Assembly: GCA_964016885.1 (NCBI GenBank)
Contig: OZ024740.1
Location: 167,772,001-167,836,000, forward strand
Direction: 5' to 3'
DNA: 64,000 nt
Source: Eledone cirrhosa
Lineage: Eukaryota
Below the pieces are notes generated by a model that saw only the letters and a list, made by a program, of their open reading frames with translations, ran no database searches and was not told the DNA's origin. Below are positions 56,673 to 64,000 of this stretch, piece by piece (position 1 is the stretch's first letter; the number at the start of each line of letters is the position of its first letter). The position numbers and the translations under genes are program-made.

Positions 56673-56737
56673 ATAGTAGTAGTAGTAGTAGTAGTAATAG
56701 TAGTAGTAGTAACAGCAGCAGGAGTAGCAGCAGCAGC

Positions 56738-56789
<52 letters not shown>

Positions 56790-56865
56790 ATGGTAATGGT
56801 AGTTGTTGTTGATGATGCTGGCAGTGGTGTTGTTGGCGGTGGTTGTGGTGGTTGTGGTGGTTGTG
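55947..56865. repeat. ~900-bp compound (TAG)n/(CAG)n trinucleotide repeat
   Basis: Directly visible; source of the poly-L, poly-S and poly-V ORFs. Confidence 0.97.
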
Positions 56866-57750
56866 GAGCATTAAGCCTGTCGGACCGATTTAGTTTGACC
56901 GTAAGGCTTAAGAAGTCGAATAAAAGTGGAAGCGGATTTATCTTGAACTAGCCAGTGAGTGCCATTTTACTACCTAGTCCTTTCGCTATCAAGCCATTTT
57001 CCCATTTAGCCATCTAGAAACATTTAACCTAGCTATCCAAACTATCCGAACAATCCGCCTTACCAATATTGTAAGCTGGCTGGCCTGTCAGCTTATCCAG
57101 GATCGTAATGGTTTCAATAAATTTTCTATTATGTATTCACATGTATTCCCCCGTCCCAAAGAAAGAAGCCTGAACCAACTCCTCTAAACTCCGTCACGTT
57201 AATTCGTTCTGTATGAAATTAGATTTCAGTTGCCAACGTCGATTAAATGTGTAAAATCAGTAACTGGGTCAATAAAAATCCGTGTCGTTACTCATTCAGA
57301 GTACGTCTTGACTTGGTATAATTAATCTTTTCCTTATAGCTAACTAAATGGACTTTCTTCGGCATATCGTGCAATGTCTTTAGCTCACCGTCATCACCCA
57401 AATAATATACATCTTTCTTCGGTTTTTTGTTCTATCCTACCCAAACCAGAAATGGCATTGCTCTTTTCGGTATCGCTCTCCATTTCCCCACACTCACACG
57501 GACATCATTGGCTAGTGTTAAATAGTTTAGGTGTAAGCTAAGACTTTGTTATAAAAGATCCTGCTAGTGGCTCATGTGGTTGGAGTAAGTTATGGTGGTG
57601 GTGGTGGTGGTGGTGGTTTCCGTCCTTTTTTTTGGCTTAGCGTGTGTGTCTGTCAATGTTGTCGACGGGGATGATAGCAATGTCTACGGTGGTGACACTG
57701 GCGGTGGCAGGTGGATGATATATATTTAGATATACCTGAATAGGGAGTTA

Positions 57751-57786
<36 letters not shown>

Positions 57787-57859
57787 ATCATATGTATATA
57801 TATATATATATATATAAGAGGGTGTTAAAGTTTGCTTGAAGCATTGTGAAATGTGTAAA

Positions 57860-58371
57860 ATACGTAGTTAAGAAAGCCACAACAATGCAGAGGGGAATCT
57901 CGAGGTAGGAAGTGAATGATAGATAGGAGAAACAGGTGAAAGTGAAAATTGAGAGAGACAAAGATGAAAACAAAACAAAGGTAGAAGGGTTACCGTAGTG
58001 AAGATTTAATCCCAATATTTCGGGCTCACGCCCATCAACGGGGGAAAAGTTCCAAAAGGCGGGGAACAGGCCAAGCGGAGAAAGTTGTGATGTCGTTAAG
58101 ACAGGAATGCCGTTATGACGGCATTCCTGTCTTAACGACATCACAACTTTCTCCGCTTGGCCTGTTCCCCGCCTTTTGGAACTTTTCCCCCGTTGATGGG
58201 CGTGAGCCCGAAATATTGGGATTAAATCTTCACTACGGTAACCCTTCTACCTTTGTTTTGTTTTCATCTTTGTCTCTCTCAATTTTCACTTTCACCTGTT
58301 TCTCCTATCTATCATTCACTTCCTACCTCGAGATTCCCCTCTGCATTGTTGTGGCTTTCTTAACTACGTAT
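57860..58371. repeat. Perfect palindrome, 254-bp arms with a 4-nt loop, in (TA)n context
   Basis: Centre CGT-TATG-ACG at 58111-58120; ORFs on the two strands are identical except at the loop. Confidence 0.95.
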
Positions 58372-58389
58372 ATATATATATATACATAT

Positions 58390-58444
<55 letters not shown>

Positions 58445-58454
<10 letters not shown>

Positions 58455-58455
58455 C

Positions 58456-58516
<61 letters not shown>

Positions 58517-58554
58517 CATATATATATATATATAATCATATATATATATATATA

Positions 58555-58590
<36 letters not shown>

Positions 58591-58630
58591 CATATATATA
58601 TATATATAATCATATATATATATATATATA

Positions 58631-58668
<38 letters not shown>

Positions 58669-58675
58669 CATATGT
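58445..58675. repeat. AATC(AT)n minisatellite
   Basis: Directly visible. Confidence 0.9.
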
Positions 58676-58891
58676 ATATGGCGGCTGTTGCGTGCGATCC
58701 TGTTACATACGCCGTGTTTGGGAAGATGGGTTGTCCGTGTATGTGTGTATCCCGGGTTCAATCAGGGGTAACCACAGTAAGTAGGGTACTCAATATACAA
58801 AGAAATGTTTTATTCTGCCCGAAAGAAATGTTATATTCTGTTACACACAGACACACACACACGCAAACACACGCACGCACACACACACAGA

Positions 58892-58930
<39 letters not shown>

Positions 58931-58933
58931 ACA

Positions 58934-59026
<93 letters not shown>

Positions 59027-60392
59027 ATTTGATCCATAAAAGTCGACTACTGACGTTTTATTCCGCATGCATCGACTAAAATTAGTCTATTACGTTCCCA
59101 CCCCTTACCTGTTCGCAAACACAATTAATGTATTTATTATGCAATAACCACCGTAAATTTTCTGCTCTATCTGTAGCGTGGATCTAGTTGAACCCTTTCA
59201 TTCTATTTTTCTACATACCGTTGGCAGAGGAAAATAGATCTATATGACTGGTTTCAAATCTCATTTGAATCTTATCAGAAATAGAATATCATTGGACATG
59301 CCCACGAGGAGACTTATACCTATATGTGGTAACTAAACGTAGTGAGTTTGCTTAACCCACCAACTAGTTCGATTTGCATAAATAGTGTTTTGTTTAATGA
59401 TTTTTTTCTTTCTGATATTCAATTATTCAGGTGTGATGGCGAAAAGGACTACGTAGGTGGGAGTGGCGATACTCACAAGCCCACGGTTGTTGGAATATGC
59501 TATGGAATGGATCCAATTAGGAGGGAGAATTTGCCTCTTGAAGCTTAGGCTCAAAGAAAGGCCTCTGTGGATGGTGCGCGTTTCTGCAGCAAACAACGTA
59601 TCCGAATACAGAACCTTCCTTGAATAAGTCTCTGCAGCGTTAGATGTAATTAAGAATCATAAACCCTACAGGAAGACTTCAATGCACCTGTTGGCATTGA
59701 CCACCTGCCATCGAAAGGTTTGAGTGGAAGGAACTAATGCATTCATATTAATTAATTATGAACTAAACGCCATTTATTATCTGCTCTGTTTGTATATGTG
59801 TGATTATGTATATTCGAATCCGTTTTACTATATATTATAGATACCAATATCTGAAATGAAAATATTGGTGCTGTTGTTATTGTTCAATCCTAGTTTAGCT
59901 ACCATCTAAGTAGACCTATGATCAAATGCTTGTTTACCGTGACCATAACTTCTTTTATTTTTCAGTCTTCATTGAAGTACACTATCGAATGTGTCACACG
60001 CTACCCCTTATTATCAATGATATGGCTGGTGTTTCTAGTTAAACCATTACAGAAACATCGCCACAGCTATCATCCCTACCTCTATAATCCCCATTACCAA
60101 CCACCAACACAGTCAGTATCTCCCACCACTAACAATACCACTAACACCCCCAGCAACGTTGCCGGCGTGATCCATTCGTACCACTATGACCAACACCATC
60201 CCTGCTCATCAATAAATCTCAAGATTTATCTGCTATGACAGATCAACTGTAATCAGCAGCTTAACAATAATGTTGTTGGATAGACTCGAAGTTTTGAATC
60301 TCTCTATATCCCTTCAGCTAACTCACTTTCCTTTCCAGAACCATCTTTTATCTCTCCTCCTCGCATTCTCTCTCTCTCGCGGCATCTCTCTC

Positions 60393-60459
<67 letters not shown>

Positions 60460-60884
60460 TCACTGGCGCTTAGGCTTGATTTCCTACCTAATAAGCACAG
60501 TACGTTTCTTCTGGCCCTCGATCAATATAAAATGATGTAACATACAAAAAAGATGTATTTATGTTCAGACCGAAACATAGTAGGCACTTTCATACAACAC
60601 ACACACAACACACGCACACCCCATACACAAACACACATATACAGAGAGAGAAGGAGGGAGGGAGAGCAAGAGAGAGAGAGACGCACAAGCTCACACACAT
60701 ACATATATAGGTATATTAACAGATGCACTAACATAGAGTAATTCATAATAGAATATTTTTCTATTATATATTTGTTATTTATTTAAGTAAATTGATGTGT
60801 GATTTCAGAAAGATTTGACTATTATTTCTAATGCGGTGATCAAGAGCATGTATGCTCGATCATTGCTTTTTCTGGTTGCTGCTG

Positions 60885-61870
60885 TTTTTTTTTGTTTTTT
60901 TTTTGTTTTTTTCTTATCGTAGGCGCCTGAGGATTACCCTCAGTAGCGGTAGACTGGCGTGTGGGAGTCGCACGAGCTCATCCATGCTGGAGCCGAGTTG
61001 GTGGTGATAACAATCCACCATCAAGGCCGGACATCTCAGCCAAAGATGTTCGGAGGATTCTTCTTCCTCTCCGCACAGACGACATGTGTTGATTTCCGCT
61101 TGGCCGATCATATGAAGCCATCTCCTTAATGACATTTGATGTCCTCTGCGGAAGCGGACGAGATGTTTCCTATCTGCTTTGGAGAGAGTTTGCTCACTCT
61201 CTTCATTTGGGTGGCGGCTAAAGACTGATTGTAGACGTTGATGCTGGATCGGTGGTGGGCGAAATTCCCGGCGGGTAGCGGCATCGATTGAACTTTTCAG
61301 TTGAGTAGATGCTGAGCCTTGTTTCGCCTGGGCGTCCGCCAGTTCATTCCCGGGACCCAGACAGCTGCTAAGGTTCTCCCCTTTGTGATGTTGTTAGTGA
61401 TCCCTTGCAGTTCGGTAATGAAAGGGTCATGGGGGAAGGGGTTGTTGACTGCTTGAACCAGCGACTTGCAGTCACAGATGACATTGGAGGACTCCCAGCT
61501 GGTGTCTGCCTGTAACCCTAGGCGGGCTTGTTTGATGCAATTCTTTCGGAATGAAAGGAACTGATACGAGCGCCCGTGGGAGAGTGCCACTCGTGAGCTA
61601 CCTCTTCATTTTTGATGATTACGAGACCGGCACCGCCATTGGTTGTACCGTCGGATGTTGATCCATCTGTATACACGCAAATGTCGACCGGGGGGAGTGT
61701 TGATAGATGATCCAGTGCCGCTTTAAGTTGTAGTGCTACTGGCATTGATTTGTTCACCGGGGTAAAGGTAGCAGGGATTGGTGCTGGTAATTCCCACGGC
61801 GGCTTCTTATGTGGTAGTTGGGTGTCTGTTGTCGAGTGTATGCCAAGAGGATCAAGGGCTGGCAGCTGTC
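60885..61870 (-). mobile_element. 5'-truncated RNase H-bearing LINE (I-group/Ingi-like) with A-rich tail
   Basis: RNase H motifs VYTDGS...GGAG...SSFHSE, ICDCKSLV, VWVPG; knuckle CRLCGEEEESSEHLWLRC; stop at 60914 followed by poly(A). Confidence 0.85.
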
Positions 61871-62044
61871 TACATCTGTTGTGGTTGTTGTTACTGATGT
61901 TGTTGTTTTTGTTGTTTTTGATGTTTGTGTTGTTTTTGCTTAGCCATAGGGTAAGCTCTGACGGAGAAAACCAATGATCGAGCGCATTTTATTCATGTTC
62001 ATCGCGTGTATGTTTTTCAGACATATAGGACTGCACTAAATAAT

Positions 62045-62221
62045 GATTTCTAGTATAGGCACAAGGCTAGTAATTTTGGGGGAAGGGGAAAGTCGATTAA
62101 ATGGATCCCAGTAAGTTACTGAGCTTTATTTTATCGAACCTCGGCGGGATTTGAACTCAGACCGTAAAGGACCGTAACTCTATGCTGCAAAGCATACCAA
62201 TACTGCCAATCCACCGCCTTT
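62045..62221 (-). mobile_element. SINE family A copy with 16-bp TSD
   Basis: GACTGCACTAAATAAT (62029-62044) and GACTGCATTAAATAAT (62222-62237). Confidence 0.8.
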
Positions 62222-62818
62222 GACTGCATTAAATAATGTCTCCTTTCATTTAAGACGGTGAGTTATTATTTGATGAAGATACGTGCCTCTGGAGAAGTGT
62301 TATAGAGGTTCCCTAGTTCGACTTGATTTTCTGTTAATTCCGTAGCAATAGCTGATGTGAAATATATTTTCCTCTATGATGTTAGAAACAGATAAATAAT
62401 AGATAGTCTTTTTTATAGAATGAACTGAATTCGGCACCAGATTAGTCACTCATTCATTCCACCACAGGCTGGTTGTGGCCCAAAGGACGGCCATTGAAGT
62501 TTTCTCTGTATTCTTCAAACCTTTTTCAAATGTTTATATGTAAGATATCATATACTACATATGAGCGTCATTAGCAAATCTATAAAATATACTCAAGTAT
62601 GAAATTACAAACAGAAAAGTCTATCCTCAAGCAAATTCAAAATGAACAATTATAGAAAAGTACCGATTTATATCTATAGGGTCCAATCTTTCGAGAAATA
62701 ATCTGTAGACACAGGCCAACATTGGCGTTACAATATAGAAGTTCAGTATTCTGTTGAAATCAACCAATTTCGACACTCCATATCGCCAATATAAATGTAT
62801 ATATATAACGAAACAAAA

Positions 62819-62928
62819 GACTCGCGTATAATCCTGTAATTAAATGAGCTCAAAGGAAAGAGTTTTCCTAAAGTGCCCAGGAAACTCTTTCCTTTGAACT
62901 CATTTAATTACAGGATTATACGCGAGTC
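62819..62928. repeat. Inverted repeat with ~50-bp arms
   Basis: GACTCGCGTATAATCCTGTAATTAAATGAG...CTCATTTAATTACAGGATTATACGCGAGTC. Confidence 0.9.
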
Positions 62929-63142
62929 CTTTGCCACGTTATTTTACTTGATATTCGCTCCTTACGTTCTCTCTGCTGTCGAGCACCATAAATTGAACAG
63001 TATGGGCTGCGATCTCTAGCAGCTTGCTCTGTTCATGCCACCGGTTACTGCCTCGCGCACGTATTTCCCTTATATTTACACGTGCTACAAGTGGTTTACT
63101 TTAGTTCTCTCTCTCTAGTAGTGCGGACAATATCGGTCTCTC

Positions 63143-63220
63143 CACATGGTGATGACCCACAGGGCCGAATTGGAACCCACTAAAATGGCGAAACAATCCC
63201 CTGGTGAGTTTGTACATGTG
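63143..63220 (+). ncRNA. Hammerhead-like motif with non-canonical GUGAUGA core
   Basis: CACATG-GTGATGA-cCCA[26 nt]TGGc-GAAA-CAA(TCCCCTGGTGAGT)TTG-TA^CATGTG. Confidence 0.65.
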
Positions 63221-63374
63221 TGATCTAGGTATGAGATTGGTTTCTCATTTTAATTTATACTTTTAATTTTAATGTTTTTCCTATGCCTCTATTAGATTAT
63301 ATTCTCTTCACGCTAGTGGTTTGAAATTCCTGTAAAGTAAAACACACTCTTCTGTGTTTTTCCCCTCTATATAT

Positions 63375-63422
<48 letters not shown>

Positions 63423-63429
<7 letters not shown>

Positions 63430-64000
63430 AATTAGTATATCTACCAACATATGTATACAGATGCATACCTATGCTAGCAAATATATATATGTTATGTCTT
63501 AGTAACTTTGTGGTTCTAGGCAAGGGGATGCAGAACAATTATATGAAAGACGTAAATAAGAAAATTATGAAAATCGACTTACTTACTAAAATTTCACTCC
63601 GACTAATTAGTTTCTGTAAGGGAATAAATATGGTTACGTAACGTACCCACAGAGAAACCTTACGTCATCAGGGAGTCTATTCTCAGCTAAGCTTCCAGGC
63701 AATGCGAGGACACTGGGAACTTATATAAAAATAATTCAGTGGAAGGAAAAAAGCGAGCGGGGACTAAATTCCAAGACATTGAAAAAATTCACTGCCTACT
63801 TGGTCAGTGGCAAATTCAAAAGAATAAATCACGTGACACTGAGGTTAATCAGTGAGGAGTGGAGTGCTATTAAGACAAGGGCCTAGCCACTACCATGAAC
63901 CACAGTAGTAATTTCGGCAAGTTTTGCTCAACAAATAATTTGGAGATAATTATAAAGAATTAGTATATCTACCAACATATGTATACAGATGCATACCTAT
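63423..64000 (-). mobile_element. HHR-bearing tandem unit (period 528 bp) starting at (TA)n and running off the window
   Basis: TATAAAGAATTAGTATATCTACCAACATATGTATACAGATGCATACCTAT at 63423 and 63951. Confidence 0.75.
63596..63676 (-). ncRNA. Type I hammerhead ribozyme with extended stem II
   Basis: ACTCC-CTGATGA-cGTAAGG[...]CCTTACa-GAAA-CTAATTAG-TC^GGAGT. Confidence 0.85.

Noticed and set aside
55924-56951. 300-aa poly-L, poly-S and poly-V ORFs
   Set aside because: Artefacts of the TAG/CAG repeat.
57788-58515. Two identical 'membrane-like' ORFs on opposite strands
   Set aside because: A consequence of the perfect palindrome; pyrimidine-rich sequence running into (TA)n.
59400-59550. Possible acceptor (TTCAG|G) and short exon
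   Set aside because: No donor, partner exon or recognisable protein similarity.

Overview
AT-rich, microsatellite-saturated eukaryotic DNA. The short interspersed repeats resemble, from memory, octopus/cephalopod SINEs; this is an inference, not a database hit. No host protein-coding gene can be supported, and most ORFs in the track are microsatellite artefacts. Recognisable content is a set of decayed mobile elements: R4/Dong-like, CRE-like, Tx1/L1-like, RTE and RNase H-bearing LINE fragments, a Penelope-like GIY-YIG fragment with inverted arms, three ~600-bp bipartite RTE-derived elements, two non-autonomous Helitrons, MITEs and SINEs. The main signal is at the RNA level. Reading both strands by eye gives nine type I hammerhead ribozyme (HHR) motifs with an intact CUGANGA...GAAA...NUH core, from about six unrelated families. 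Most lie in partial-tandem or fold-back units next to (TA)n. Two more HHR-like motifs share a non-canonical GUGAUGA core and have covarying stems. A near-perfect 11.2 x 615-bp tandem array (48033-54919) has no ORF and carries an atypical HHR-like fold in each unit, making it a candidate retrozyme/circular-RNA-derived array. All structures were paired by hand and none was folded computationally.
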